A DNA stretch of 64,000 bases from Calditrichia bacterium (GTDB lineage: Bacteria > Calditrichota > Calditrichia > RBG-13-44-9 > J075), in contig JBOEGD010000001.1 of NCBI GenBank assembly GCA_050633245.1, positions 304,883-368,882 on the forward strand, read 5' to 3'. The notes beneath the pieces are model-generated. The model did no database searches and was not told the DNA's origin. It saw nothing but the letters and a program-made list of their open reading frames with translations. Position 1 is the stretch's first letter. The number at the start of each line of letters is the position of its first letter. Shown piece after piece: positions 19,652 to 30,730 of the stretch. The position numbers and the translations under genes were made by a program.

Positions 19652-20920
19652 CTAAGGCTGGTTGTCGATTTTTTTGCGGATAAATACGTATACACAATAA
19701 TTAAAAGTGCTGTAGAAAACGGCCCCCGATATCGACAAGGCCCACAGCAGCGATTCCGGTGTTTCCCGGAAAAGATACATCATTGCGAAGCGGATCGCGA
19801 GGAATATTGCTACAATTATCAGGCCGACTTCCTGGCGATTGATTACCGAGAAGGTGACGCTTATCGGAGAGTTGACGAAGCGGAAATACAGATTGATGCT
19901 CAGGATTTGCATATACACACCCGCCTCGGTCCATTGCTCTCCGAAGATGTGGCCCACTAGAACCGGCGCCAGAAACCAGACGGCCGTTACAGGCAGCAGT
20001 CCGAACAGCGATAATTTCTTAATGGTCTGCTTGTAAACGCCCATTAACTTTTCGGGGGCGGCATTAAACGATTCGGAAGCCGCCTGCATATACACCTGCG
20101 CAACCGAAGTGCCCAGCAAATTTAGCGGAACCACGATCAGGCGGTTGGCTAGGGCATACAGACCGGCCACTTCGTGGTCGTGAAATGCGAAAATCATGAA
20201 AATGGGCAATTCCATGGAGAAATTGTTCAAAAATACCGACAGGGTATTGAACATCGGAAATTTTTTATAGTTTCGTGCCAGACGCAGGAGCGATTGGCGC
20301 GAGCTGGCCTGCCAGTTGACCGGTCGTTTGACAAAGACCATCACCGAGGGTACCAAGGCACCAATCAGAAAGCTGACAAAAAGCGAGAAGAAGTTGGCGG
20401 AAACCAGCCCCAGCAGGATGGCACCGCCATAAATTCCGATTGCCCGGTACAAGTTTTTACGAGCCAGGTCTCCAAAAAGTTTATTGCGGATTAGCATATA
20501 ATTGGAAGTCTGAAACAACCCGATAAAAACCGCACCAACAGCAATGGTCCAGCCATAACCCTGCAACTGCCGGGCATTCAATAATTCGAGAAGCGGTCGT
20601 TCGAAAACCCAAATCGCCAGGAAGAGAGTTGTGCCAAATCCTGCCAGAACCAGCAGAGCCAATACGGTCAATTCGTTGGCTTCCTCTTCTTCCCTGGGTA
20701 GAACAATAGCCAGTTCGTACTTCAGCGTCGCCACCAGCCCAAATAGGGTAATCAGAGAAACCGCCAGCTGATAGTTGCCAAAGTCGGCATTGGAGTACAT
20801 GCGGGTGATAACCGGCAGAGACAAAAAAGTAATGGCCGCCGCCAGGCTGTTACCGGACAATAGCTTCAGAACATTGTTCACAAACTCCGATCTGCTGAGC
20901 CAGTGCTTTGGAAAACGCAT
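19652..20920 (-). CDS. Wzx-type oligosaccharide flippase
   Basis: LPVITRMY, TLKYELAIVLP, YKKFP, AGLYALANR; about 12 TM segments. Confidence 0.85.
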   Translation of the reverse strand: MRFPKHWLSRSEFVNNVLKLLSGNSLAAAITFLSLPVITRMYSNADFGNYQLAVSLITLFGLVATLKYELAIVLPREEEEANELTVLALLVLAGFGTTLFLAIWVFERPLLELLNARQLQGYGWTIAVGAVFIGLFQTSNYMLIRNKLFGDLARKNLYRAIGIYGGAILLGLVSANFFSLFVSFLIGALVPSVMVFVKRPVNWQASSRQSLLRLARNYKKFPMFNTLSVFLNNFSMELPIFMIFAFHDHEVAGLYALANRLIVVPLNLLGTSVAQVYMQAASESFNAAPEKLMGVYKQTIKKLSLFGLLPVTAVWFLAPVLVGHIFGEQWTEAGVYMQILSINLYFRFVNSPISVTFSVINRQEVGLIIVAIFLAIRFAMMYLFRETPESLLWALSISGAVFYSTFNYCVYVFIRKKIDNQP

Positions 20921-20926
20921 TGCCAA

Positions 20927-21877
20927 TCACCCTCTTTTCCGCAGGGCGTCCAGAATGGCAAACAGTTTGTCATTTTTATAGATGGAAAAATAGGGTGTTT
21001 GCACACCGCCAAAACCACGGAAGAATTTTTCGATCGGCTCTATCATACTTCCGGTAAAATTGAATTGCCCGGTAACTCCGGAAGCAAAGCGAATGGCCTC
21101 CCACAATACCAAAGAAGTCGCCCCACTATTGCGAACTGCCGGGTTGCTGCCTCCAATGATATAATAGGCGCTGTTGTCGTCCCAAGCCAGGAACATGCCA
21201 AAATGCAACTGTTTTTCTACATCGCGGGCAAAGAAGAGCTTGCCGCAATTACGCTCTACACTGGCGGAAACCAGGTTTTCCAGAAACTTTTGTGAATAAC
21301 CCAGCTTTTTACCCTGACGTTCGAAGGTGAGCCGAATCAGGTGGAATAAATCGGCGACATTGTTCTCGCTATATACCTCCAGCTGTTGCTTTTGGGCCTT
21401 GCGGATCTCCCAGCGGACATTATCGCGAAAACGCTTGAACAACGCATCCTGATCGGAAATATCCGGGATGACGTAGACATATCGGGTTGTTTGCCGGTAA
21501 TCCTGCCAGAAGAAGGGCAGCCAGTTACTAAACTCTGGCGAAAATCGCTGGTGGAAGCGATTGACCCGCGGCAATTGTTCGATAAGCTGGGCGCAAATCT
21601 TGTGCTCGAAGGCCAAGCGGGTATGGTATTTTTGTTTTGGCGGATATTTCAGCCAGACTCCCATGCTGGGTGTAAAGCGAGGCATTTGAACGATGCGAAA
21701 AGGCCCATTTTTCTTTATGCTATATGGCAGGCTGCCGATAATCTGATTATTTTGCTCTGCAATAGCAACCTGCCAGTTAGCTTTTCCGGCTACTGCATCC
21801 AGCCACCAGTCGCGCGAGGACAGTGGGATGCCTGTTTCGCTTTGGCATAACTGACGATATTGCTCTTTTTTTGTCAT
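20927..21877 (-). CDS. FemAB-like GNAT acyl/aminoacyl transferase of glycan loci
   Basis: WWLDAVAG, NWLPFFW, SGATSLVLWEAI, FTGSMIEPIEKFFRGFG. Confidence 0.78.
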   Translation of the reverse strand: MTKKEQYRQLCQSETGIPLSSRDWWLDAVAGKANWQVAIAEQNNQIIGSLPYSIKKNGPFRIVQMPRFTPSMGVWLKYPPKQKYHTRLAFEHKICAQLIEQLPRVNRFHQRFSPEFSNWLPFFWQDYRQTTRYVYVIPDISDQDALFKRFRDNVRWEIRKAQKQQLEVYSENNVADLFHLIRLTFERQGKKLGYSQKFLENLVSASVERNCGKLFFARDVEKQLHFGMFLAWDDNSAYYIIGGSNPAVRNSGATSLVLWEAIRFASGVTGQFNFTGSMIEPIEKFFRGFGGVQTPYFSIYKNDKLFAILDALRKRG

Positions 21878-21941
21878 TCCGAATACTCTCGATTAATTGG
21901 CTCTTTGGCCGTGGAGCGATAGGTGTTGATTGATCTGACTG

Positions 21942-23270
21942 TCACTTATCAAATGCTTTTAGCAGCTCCAGCATTGCTTCGCACTCAACTTCCCCAACCT
22001 CGGGGTGAATTGGCAACTGGAACAATTGTTTTGCCAGCTTTTCACAGTTTACCAAATCAGATTTCGCAAAACGCGTTTTATTTTGATACCTTTTTAAATG
22101 GTGAATTGGCGAAGGCCAGTTGAAAAGACCGGCTTCGATGCCCAGTTCCCGACCCCTTGCGGCTATTTCCGCTATGCTATGGCGGCCATCGTAAAAGATT
22201 GTTTGCCGAATGAGTTTTTCGCTGGCATTTGCTGGCATTACGGCGGTTCTAAAATGGCTTAATCTGTTGATCCTTTCGCCAAGCCAACGGGCATTTTTGT
22301 TCCTGCTCTCAGCTACCGTCTGCAATCCCTGAAGGTGAACCGAGCCGGTTTTGCCTCTAAGCAAGTTGAAGCGGGTTTCCCACAGCCTGTTTCGCGGCTT
22401 TAGTCTGCGCCCTATGGCCCGAATAACGCGAAACGACAGAGGGGCTTGCTGCAACCTGGCCAATTCTTTCTTTATCGACTCAAAAGAACTCTCGCGTAAC
22501 ATGGATAGCATTTTTTTATAGAGTCCCGGGTAGAGGCGCAGTAAATCGCTGCCGTACTCAAAAGATAAAAAGTGTGAATAATTGCCTTTACCCAATAACC
22601 AGAACTGAAGAAGCAATGCGAATAATTCCCGGCGTTCCTCTTCGAGCGGTGTTCTCGCCAGTTTTTGAGTCAGATATTTAAGCTTGCCGCTGATTTCCAG
22701 GTTTGAAGAAATAAGTATGCCACCGCTACCGGTGGTTATGGGTTTGTCAATCGCCAGACTGAAAATCCCAATATCACCGAAGGTTCCGACATGTTTGCCG
22801 CCGGCTTCCACGTCCATACAATGTGCACAGTCTTCTATCAAATAACAGGCGTTCTCACTGGCAATTTGCATAATCGGCGCAATCTCTGCCGGCATACCAA
22901 ATAAGTGCGCCACCAGAATGGCTTTGCTGCGCCCGCTTATTGCTCGGGCGATAGAATCCACCGAAATGTTGAAGTCATGCAAATTGGAGTCAACCAGCAC
23001 CGGCACTGCACCTACTTGCAAAATCGGATCTATCACAGCGTTGCAGATAAATGAGGGAACAATAATTTCGTCACCCGGTTTTATGTCCAGAGCCCGCAGG
23101 CCGGTTAGCAGGGCCAGACGGCCGCTGTTGAGGGCAAACGCCTCTTTTACGCCGATGCGGCTGGCAAATGTATCTTCAAACAGCGTTACCGGGTCTGCAG
23201 GCGGCGATGTCTGTAGCAGCAGTTCGATCAACTCATTTTGCGCAATGTATGGCTTTACCCTGGCAATCAT
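21942..23270 (-). CDS. DegT/DnrJ/EryC1/StrS PLP-dependent aminotransferase
   Basis: GDEIIVPSFIC, HLFG, IEDCAH, FSLAIDKPITTGSGG (Schiff-base Lys), LPIHP. Confidence 0.85.
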   Translation of the reverse strand: MIARVKPYIAQNELIELLLQTSPPADPVTLFEDTFASRIGVKEAFALNSGRLALLTGLRALDIKPGDEIIVPSFICNAVIDPILQVGAVPVLVDSNLHDFNISVDSIARAISGRSKAILVAHLFGMPAEIAPIMQIASENACYLIEDCAHCMDVEAGGKHVGTFGDIGIFSLAIDKPITTGSGGILISSNLEISGKLKYLTQKLARTPLEEERRELFALLLQFWLLGKGNYSHFLSFEYGSDLLRLYPGLYKKMLSMLRESSFESIKKELARLQQAPLSFRVIRAIGRRLKPRNRLWETRFNLLRGKTGSVHLQGLQTVAESRNKNARWLGERINRLSHFRTAVMPANASEKLIRQTIFYDGRHSIAEIAARGRELGIEAGLFNWPSPIHHLKRYQNKTRFAKSDLVNCEKLAKQLFQLPIHPEVGEVECEAMLELLKAFDK

Positions 23271-23276
23271 CCTAAC

Positions 23277-24239
23277 TCATCGGTCATTTTGAAAAATATT
23301 CTCGGTTAACTGTCTGATATGCTCGATCTCCTTTTGCCGGATGTGTTGATTCCCGACTGCCTCGGCATACTTGAGTGACCCAGGCAGCGGATTCGCGGAA
23401 CGCTGTAACGGGTAGCCTTTTGCCTGCAAAAATTGGCCGATTTTTTCCAGTTGCTGTCCCGGGTTGCCACAAAGATCGCGGTAATGCAAGGAGAGTGTAT
23501 TGCCCTCGGGAAACAGCCGCAGATCTGTGTCCAGGTTTTTCTCAATATAGTAAACCTGCAGCACCACCTCCTCGAATTCGCCGCGGTCACGAATTTTATC
23601 GATTTCTTTCGGCATGACCGACCACCAGTCCTGGTTGCTTCGCCGCCTTTTGACCAATATGGAACTGGCGATATCTACCGGGTTGCGGTGAATACGGATG
23701 AAAAGTGCTTTGGGGAAAATGTCTTTCAAGACCTGCAGCCGCACGCCGGATTTACCATTTTTAATCAGGAGTGGAGTCTTATCCCGGTTTTCCAGGTTGG
23801 ACATGATATTGACGACCTGTTTTTGTGATTCTGGCTTCAAGAACCCCTCTGGAGTGTAGTTGTAGCCATCGCGCTTCTCCTGTGGAAACCAGCGGTTCCA
23901 GATATTGCCGGATTCACTCGGTGAGCTCAATCCTTTTTCGAAACCGTATCGGCTGTCGAAGCTGCTGCGATAGCGCCCAAAAAAGCGCAAGGCAAGCAAA
24001 TTGGCAAAAACCGGACACATATAAAAGCGGTTTGCAAGATTGGTAATATATGAGAATTGATAGCTGTGGATTAAGCTTTGATACAAAATCGTGGTACCGG
24101 AGCGTGGTGGCCCCAGGATAAATACCGGCGGGCGATTCATCCGCGCATTCTGATCCGAGTAGATTTTATCCAGAATAGCAGTGCCGCAATGCCCCAGGTG
24201 AATCAGCGCTTTAGCGGTATTTTTAAATTGCGTTATCAT
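23277..24239 (-). CDS. PAPS-dependent sulfotransferase
   Basis: PVFILGPPRSGTT (5'-PSB) and HRNPVDIASS (3'-PB). Confidence 0.88.
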   Translation of the reverse strand: MITQFKNTAKALIHLGHCGTAILDKIYSDQNARMNRPPVFILGPPRSGTTILYQSLIHSYQFSYITNLANRFYMCPVFANLLALRFFGRYRSSFDSRYGFEKGLSSPSESGNIWNRWFPQEKRDGYNYTPEGFLKPESQKQVVNIMSNLENRDKTPLLIKNGKSGVRLQVLKDIFPKALFIRIHRNPVDIASSILVKRRRSNQDWWSVMPKEIDKIRDRGEFEEVVLQVYYIEKNLDTDLRLFPEGNTLSLHYRDLCGNPGQQLEKIGQFLQAKGYPLQRSANPLPGSLKYAEAVGNQHIRQKEIEHIRQLTENIFQNDR

Positions 24240-24577
24240 CTAATTGCAGGTTCTCTTCCAGGAAGTTCTCGGGGCATGGTATTTAGGCAATCACGAAGAT
24301 CGGTACGTAAAATTACTGAAACAGAGCGACATATCGCTGATAACACTCATCTCCGAGGCGAAGCAAATTCATCTTATAGGAAAATGCAGGGTAAGTTACA
24401 AAATAAATAAATGATTAGATCAGGAAATCCTTGCGTTGTTTTTGCAAAAATCTTTGTTATGCTCTTATTATTTACGAAATTTATTTCGCTTTTGCAATTT
24501 GTAATATGGCTATCCAGGCGCTGCGTTTGTAGGACGCTTTGCTTGTAGGTCGCTACACTAAAACCTTTTATCACGTT

Positions 24578-24859
24578 TTATCTTAACACATCCCTAATCT
24601 CTTCCATTTTGTCAAAGACTGACTTGGCGAATGGACATAGGGGTAAAACCCGCAGCTTGTTTTTCCGCGCATAATCTACTGCTGCAAATACGAGTTTCTT
24701 GCCAGCGCCCATTCCGCGAAGGCTATCGGAAACCTCGGTATGATCAATGATTATCATTTTTGCTCCGGCTCGCGAATAGGTCATAAGCGCGGCCTCACGA
24801 TTTTCCTGCATTATGCGGAAAGAGCCTTTTGTCTCTTCCTCTACGTGTTCTATCTGCAT
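24578..24859 (-). CDS. Small YjdJ-like GNAT acetyltransferase
   Basis: IIDHTEV, LRGMGAG, PLCPFA. Confidence 0.88.
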   Translation of the reverse strand: MQIEHVEEETKGSFRIMQENREAALMTYSRAGAKMIIIDHTEVSDSLRGMGAGKKLVFAAVDYARKNKLRVLPLCPFAKSVFDKMEEIRDVLR

Positions 24860-25003
24860 GTTCTTCCTTTCGTATTGAAATCAATTTAATAAATTGTATC
24901 TGAAATAGGCGCTATATTTTGTCGTTTTATGAGGATCGGCTTTGATAATATCTCTCCGAAAGCGATCTTATTGAATATATATAACCAAATTGGACACCAG
25001 TCT

Positions 25004-26371
25004 ATGAAAACGGTATATCTGTTCATTTGTTTTTTACTTCTTCAAAGCATTACTCTAACCGGATTCCTTCATGCGCAAACAAGTGTCCCTGATCTGCGTA
25101 CGCGAACCAGCGGCTCGGACTGGCCAACTTTTCTCGGCCCGAATGGTAATGGAAAGTCATCTGATACCGGTATGAATACAGATTGGCCCGAGAGCGGTTT
25201 GCCAATTGTTTGGATAAAAGAAACCGCCAAGGGATTGGGAGCACCATCTGTCGCAAAAGGTCGTCTGTTTTTGTTCGACCGTGAAGAAAATACGATGCGA
25301 TTAACCTGCCTGAATGCCGAAACCGCTGCAGAAATCTGGCAGTTTTCTTATCCAACTGAGTACGAAGATATTTATGGATTTGATAATGGTCCACGAACAA
25401 CCCCGCTGATAGATGGAAATCGCGTTTATATTTTTGGTGTAGAAGGCATGCTTCATTGCCTGAGCGTTATTGATGGCAGTCTGATCTGGAAGATAAATAC
25501 ATCCGAACAGTTTGGCGTTGTGCAGAATTTCTTTGGCGTGGGAGCAACGCCAGTCATTGAAGGTGATCTGTTAATTTGTGCCATTGGCGGATCTGCTGAA
25601 AGCCCATACGAAAATGTGTTTGCTGCTCAGGGAAGTTTACAGGGCAATGGTAGCGGACTGGTTGCGTTAAATAAAAAGACCGGCAAGATTGTTTGGAAAT
25701 CATCCGATGAGCTGGACAGTTATGCGAGCCCCAAGATTGTTACCATGAACGGCAAGCGGCAGGGTTTGTGGTTTGCACGAGGTGGATTAGTGTCTTTCAA
25801 CCCGGTAGATGGAAAGGTTGATTTTCATTATCCATGGCGATCAAAAAAGCTGGAGACCGTGAATGCTTCCAATCCGGTAATTGTAGATGATAAGGTCTTT
25901 ATTAGCGAAGCTTATGAGTTTGGCAGTTCGATGATTCAGGTGAAGCCGGATGGGTTTGAAGTTGTTTGGCAGGATGAAAAGCGCAGTCGAAATAAATCAC
26001 TCGAGCTGCATTGGACTACCGCCATTCATCATGAAGGGTATCTGTATGCGGCAAATGGTCGGCGCTCTGGCAACGCGGCTTTGCGTTGCGTAGAGTTTGC
26101 CACCGGCAAGGTGATGTGGTCTCATGCTATAGGTGAGATGTCTTCCATAGTTTATGTGGATGGGCACTTTATTTCACTGGGGGAGCGCGGAACGCTTACG
26201 CTGTTTAAAGCAAACCCCGAGCAGGCTGAAATTCTGTCTTCCTATAAAGTTGTAGACAAAAAGAGCAATGCGCTTATTGAGTATCCGGCCTGGGCACCGC
26301 CGATTATTGCCAATGGCTATTTGTATCTGCATGGGAAAAACCGATTAGTTTGCCTCGATCTGTTGAAATAA
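25004..26371 (+). CDS. PQQ-binding-like beta-propeller protein
   Basis: DWPTFLGP, GPRTTP, YASP, WAPPII; ATG 25004 gives a signal peptide. Confidence 0.82.
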   Translation: MKTVYLFICFLLLQSITLTGFLHAQTSVPDLRTRTSGSDWPTFLGPNGNGKSSDTGMNTDWPESGLPIVWIKETAKGLGAPSVAKGRLFLFDREENTMRLTCLNAETAAEIWQFSYPTEYEDIYGFDNGPRTTPLIDGNRVYIFGVEGMLHCLSVIDGSLIWKINTSEQFGVVQNFFGVGATPVIEGDLLICAIGGSAESPYENVFAAQGSLQGNGSGLVALNKKTGKIVWKSSDELDSYASPKIVTMNGKRQGLWFARGGLVSFNPVDGKVDFHYPWRSKKLETVNASNPVIVDDKVFISEAYEFGSSMIQVKPDGFEVVWQDEKRSRNKSLELHWTTAIHHEGYLYAANGRRSGNAALRCVEFATGKVMWSHAIGEMSSIVYVDGHFISLGERGTLTLFKANPEQAEILSSYKVVDKKSNALIEYPAWAPPIIANGYLYLHGKNRLVCLDLLK

Positions 26372-26415
26372 GCATACTGCAACGGAGATAATTATCAAAG
26401 ACCTGCAGAAAGAAC

Positions 26416-27225
26416 TTGATGAACCCTATAGTACTGAAAAACTCGAACCAGCGTTTCTTTCGGGAAGAGGGTTTTATCAAGTTACAAAATGTCCTTTCGT
26501 CGGATGCTCTTGCACACTTTGGCGGTGAGATTAGTCGGAAGGTCGTGGAACTAAATACCATGCATCTGCCCATGGAAGAACGCAATACTTACCAAAAGGC
26601 CTTTCTCCAGATTATGAACCTATGGCGACAAAGCGCTGTCGTTCAGGAATTCGTTTTTAGTCGGCGCCTGGCAAAGCTTGCCGCTGATTTGCTCGATGTC
26701 TCGGGCGTGAGGTTGTATCACGATCAGGCGCTCTATAAAGAACCCTCCGGTGGAATTACACCCTGGCATGCCGATCAATACTATTGGCCATTGGCATCGG
26801 ATAAGGCCGTCACCGTGTGGATCCCACTTCAGGAAACGCCTTTTGAGATGGGCCCGTTAGCATTTGCTGCAAAAAGTCAGCGTTCCGAGTTTGGTCGTGA
26901 GCTTGCAATCAGTGATGAGAGTGAAGCGCAGCTGCAGGAAGGTCTAAAGAAAGCAGGTTTCGAGCATGTGGTAGAGCCGTTCGAACTTGGTGAGGTGAGC
27001 TTTCACTATGGTTGGACGTTTCATCATGCCGGTGCAAATCGCACGGAAGTCCCCCGCAACGTGATGACGATTATCTATATGGATGAGAATATGCGTCTCA
27101 AGGAACCATCGAATGACAATCAGCGGATGGATTGGCAGACCTGGTGCCCGGGAGCAAAGGTCGGCCAGATAATCAATACAGAATTGAACCCCGTGCTTTA
27201 TTCGAGCGCGAACTCGCATTCATAA
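26416..27225 (+). CDS. Phytanoyl-CoA dioxygenase (PhyH)-family Fe/2OG enzyme
   Basis: TPWHADQYYW (HxD), TVWIPL, distal His in FHHAGAN. Confidence 0.88.
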   Translation: MMNPIVLKNSNQRFFREEGFIKLQNVLSSDALAHFGGEISRKVVELNTMHLPMEERNTYQKAFLQIMNLWRQSAVVQEFVFSRRLAKLAADLLDVSGVRLYHDQALYKEPSGGITPWHADQYYWPLASDKAVTVWIPLQETPFEMGPLAFAAKSQRSEFGRELAISDESEAQLQEGLKKAGFEHVVEPFELGEVSFHYGWTFHHAGANRTEVPRNVMTIIYMDENMRLKEPSNDNQRMDWQTWCPGAKVGQIINTELNPVLYSSANSHS

Positions 27226-27288
27226 TTTCAAATCTACTGTCAGCAGTTTGTGCCAAAAAGAACTTCTCGGCAAAAAATGGTTGAATTA

Positions 27289-27310
27289 CTAACTAATTTT
27301 GAGTAGTTAG
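27289..27310. promoter_or_regulatory. Inverted-repeat operator candidate upstream of the cytochrome c-iorAB operon
   Basis: CTAACTA-8 nt-TAGTTAG. Confidence 0.4.
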
Positions 27311-27365
27311 AGTTACTGACTAATACAAAACTTATCACCCACCAAACATAATTGAGAGCTATTGG

Positions 27366-27974
27366 ATGAAATCTTCAATTGTGCTGCTCGGACTTGTCGT
27401 CACTGTCTTTGTCGCTTTCGGCTTCAATGATTATATGGCAATGGAGTTCGAGACTACTTCTTTGGCAGATTCCAATGTAAATGCAGAATATAGCACGCCA
27501 TTCGATTCCATGATGGCAGTGCTGACCCATAAACGCTGCGTGAACTGCCATCCTGCAGATAACTACCCACGTCAGGGGGAGGATAGCCACAAGCACCTGT
27601 TTGGTGTAGAACGCGGAGAGGCGAACCATGGCGTGGAGGCGACGAATTGCAACACCTGCCATCAGAGTGAAAACAATAATTTCTCTGGCGTCCCGGGAGC
27701 CCCTGAGTGGTCTCTTGCGCCGCTTAGTATGGCCTGGCAAGGTTTGAGTCGAAGCGAGATTGCCGCTTCAATGCTCGATCGGACGCGGAATGGAAACCGT
27801 TCCCATGAAGAGATTGAAGATCATCTTACACATCATGCATTGGTGCTTTGGGCATTTGATCCCGGTGTAGATGCTGAAGGGAATCCGCGAGAGACGCCTC
27901 CAATTGGGAAAGAAGCCTATATTAAAGCAGTAAAGAAATGGTTTAAAAACGGGGCGCAGATTCCAGCGGAGTAA
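27366..27974 (+). CDS. Diheme c-type cytochrome associated with isoquinoline 1-oxidoreductase-like enzyme
   Basis: Signal peptide; CVNCH and CNTCH; [10 protein letters not shown]; directly upstream of iorAB. Confidence 0.8.
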   Translation: MKSSIVLLGLVVTVFVAFGFNDYMAMEFETTSLADSNVNAEYSTPFDSMMAVLTHKRCVNCHPADNYPRQGEDSHKHLFGVERGEANHGVEATNCNTCHQSENNNFSGVPGAPEWSLAPLSMAWQGLSRSEIAASMLDRTRNGNRSHEEIEDHLTHHALVLWAFDPGVDAEGNPRETPPIGKEAYIKAVKKWFKNGAQIPAE

Positions 27975-28033
27975 CGCTGCTGGAAACGAAATGTGCAACG
28001 ACTAACTTTCTAGATAAGAAAGCAGAGACGGAT

Positions 28034-28507
28034 ATGAAGATCTCTTTTGTTATTAATGGGCTGAAAAAATCTGTTGAGACAGACGGTGATTCGCCACTTT
28101 TATGGGTTATTCGAGATGTCTTGAACCTTAAGGGCACCAAGTTTGGCTGTGGGAAAGCGGCCTGCGGAGCCTGTACGATCCATGTGGATGGGGAAGCCGT
28201 TCGCTCCTGCTCGTATGCTGCTAAATTTGCCGATGGACGAGAAATTACGACAATTGAAGGCTTGGGCACCGCAGAGAATTTACATCCGGTGCAGCAGGCA
28301 TGGATTGAAGAAATTGTACCTCAATGTGGTTACTGCCAGCCTGGTTTTATGATGGCTACGGCAGCGCTTTTGGATAAAAATCCCGAGCCAACGGATGAAG
28401 ATATTGACAAAAATATTATAAACGTTTGCCGCTGTGCGACCTATTACCGTATGCGCAAGGCGATCCATCGCGCCGCAGAAATTAAGAAATTGAACGTGAA
28501 TTCATAA
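28034..28507 (+). CDS. iorA: [2Fe-2S] subunit of isoquinoline 1-oxidoreductase-like molybdoenzyme
   Basis: [31 protein letters not shown]. Confidence 0.88.
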   Translation: MKISFVINGLKKSVETDGDSPLLWVIRDVLNLKGTKFGCGKAACGACTIHVDGEAVRSCSYAAKFADGREITTIEGLGTAENLHPVQQAWIEEIVPQCGYCQPGFMMATAALLDKNPEPTDEDIDKNIINVCRCATYYRMRKAIHRAAEIKKLNVNS

Positions 28508-28519
28508 CCGGTTTAACTC

Positions 28520-30706
28520 ATGAGTAATGAAAAAAAGAAAAACAAGATTTCGCGCCGACAGTTTATTGTGCGGTCGCTTGCCGGTGGCGTTGGATTAATG
28601 TTCGGTGCTACTTATTTCGGGAGGCATTCTCTCCGTCGTTCAATGTTTGAAATGCTGGAAACAATGGAGCCCTCTTATCTGGGCGATACCAGTGATCCGC
28701 TCATCTGGTTCGAGATAATGGATGAGAACCGGATTACCTTTCATTCCCCGAAGGTTGAAATGGGGCAGGGGACATTTACCGGACTTGCGCAGATTGCCGC
28801 AGATGAGCTGAATGTCGACCTGGAGCAGATTACCGTCGTTCATGCCGCTACAGCCACCGGAAATGTCGATGGTCTTAGCACAGGAGGCAGTTTGTCCATT
28901 TCGGGGCTCTGGCATCCACTGCGTGAGCTTGCTGCAACGATGCGGCAGATGTTGACGCTGGAGGCAGCTAAAAAGCTTGGTGTCCCAGCTGATACGCTCT
29001 CGGTAAGCAAGGGAATTATCTCCGATGGGGTGAACTCTATCGGTTATAGTGAGGTGGTGCAGGGCGTAGAAAGCTGGGAAATACCGGAAACACCTCCACT
29101 CAAGGATATTTCAGAGTATAAATATGTTGGACAACCCATTCCCAGGCTCGATCTGGTTGATAAAGTTGTTGGCGAGCCGATATTTGGTATTGATGTTGAC
29201 TTGCCGGACATGCTTTACGGTGCTGTGGCGCGTCCGCAAAAGATTGGAGCCACTTTTGCAGGTGCAGATACTACCAAGGCAGAGAAAATGTCCGGCGTGG
29301 TAAAAGTGCTTGTTGAAAAGGACTTTGTCGGAGTAGTAGCAAGTTCGATGGTAGAAGCTAATCTTGCCAAGCAGGCAATAGATGTGACCTGGAATGTGGA
29401 AGGCAATTGGCAAACAGAAGACATTAGCAAGATTATAGAGGTGGGAAAGGGTGAAGCTTTTAGCATTCAAAAAGTAGGCGATGCTGATGGAGCATTGGAA
29501 GATGCGGAAGCAGCCGATGACGGTAGCTTCTTCACCGCAAAATACAGCTCGCCAATTGGTGCCCATGCTCAGCTGGAACCGAACGGTGCCGTTGCGCATG
29601 TCGAAGGAGATAAAGCCAAAATCTATATTTCTACGCAGGTTCCAAAGATTACCCGCGATGAGGTTGCCGCACGTTTGGGGTTTGATGAAGAAAACGTGAA
29701 TATTGTGCCCACGTATTTGGGTGGTGGATTTGGTAGACGTCTACATACGCCAAACGCCATTCAGGCCGCACTGCTCTCCAAAGCCGCTGGTAAGCCTGTT
29801 AAGTGTTTTTATGATCGCAAAGAAGAGTTTCAGAACGACACGTTTCGCTCTCCGACGCACCATACTATGAAAGCTAAACTGAATAGCTCTGGTATGATGG
29901 AGGCGCTTGAGCATAACTTCTCAAGTGGAGATGTGATGTTTGGCTCGCCTCTCTTTCCGGCAATAATGGAAACCGTTCTTGGTGCCGATGCCGGCGCGTT
30001 GCGCGGTGGGGCAATTCAATATGACGCGGTGCCAAATTATCAGGCGACAAACTGGCGTGTAAAGCTACCGTTCGCTACCAGCTGGTGGCGCAGCCTCGGT
30101 TTGTTGGCCAATACCTTCGCGATTGAATCGTTTATTGATGAACTCGCTGAGAAGGCAGGTAAAGACCCGGTAGAATTTCGCCTGTCGCATATATCAGATT
30201 CTGCTGCGGGCAAACGCCTGAAAAAGGTAATCCAAACCGCAGCTGATAAAGGCGGATATACCAATATCGCTAAAAGTGGACATGCGATGGGCTTTGCTGC
30301 TTCGGTTGACGCACAAACGCCTTGCGCGCATGTCGTTGACCTGTCAATTGAAGGTAATGAAATTAAAGTCCATAAGGTTACATGCGTTATTGACCCCGGC
30401 ATGGCCGTAAACCCCGATCAGGTTAAGGCTCAGTGTGAAGGCGCTATTATTATGGGGCTCAGCGCGTCACTCTATGAAAAGATGTATGTGGAAGACAATC
30501 AGTTACGGCCGATAAATTACGGCGCTTATCGTATGGCTTTAATGAAAAATTCGCCAAAAGAGATTGACGTAATTATTCTGGAAAATGCTGATGCACCGGG
30601 CGCGGTGGGCGAGCCGCCTCTCGGGCCCATCGGAGCAGCGATTGCTAATGCGGTCTATCGGTTAACCGGTAAGCGCTATCGCGACATGCCGATTGAACCG
30701 GGTTGA
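28520..30706 (+). CDS. iorB: Molybdopterin-binding subunit, xanthine dehydrogenase family, Tat-exported
   Basis: SRRQFI Tat motif, EMGQG, TGGS, LGGGFGRR, VGEP, AIANAVYRLTGKR. Confidence 0.88.
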   Translation: MSNEKKKNKISRRQFIVRSLAGGVGLMFGATYFGRHSLRRSMFEMLETMEPSYLGDTSDPLIWFEIMDENRITFHSPKVEMGQGTFTGLAQIAADELNVDLEQITVVHAATATGNVDGLSTGGSLSISGLWHPLRELAATMRQMLTLEAAKKLGVPADTLSVSKGIISDGVNSIGYSEVVQGVESWEIPETPPLKDISEYKYVGQPIPRLDLVDKVVGEPIFGIDVDLPDMLYGAVARPQKIGATFAGADTTKAEKMSGVVKVLVEKDFVGVVASSMVEANLAKQAIDVTWNVEGNWQTEDISKIIEVGKGEAFSIQKVGDADGALEDAEAADDGSFFTAKYSSPIGAHAQLEPNGAVAHVEGDKAKIYISTQVPKITRDEVAARLGFDEENVNIVPTYLGGGFGRRLHTPNAIQAALLSKAAGKPVKCFYDRKEEFQNDTFRSPTHHTMKAKLNSSGMMEALEHNFSSGDVMFGSPLFPAIMETVLGADAGALRGGAIQYDAVPNYQATNWRVKLPFATSWWRSLGLLANTFAIESFIDELAEKAGKDPVEFRLSHISDSAAGKRLKKVIQTAADKGGYTNIAKSGHAMGFAASVDAQTPCAHVVDLSIEGNEIKVHKVTCVIDPGMAVNPDQVKAQCEGAIIMGLSASLYEKMYVEDNQLRPINYGAYRMALMKNSPKEIDVIILENADAPGAVGEPPLGPIGAAIANAVYRLTGKRYRDMPIEPG

Positions 30707-30730
30707 TCAGCAAAAGGCTTGAATTAAAAA

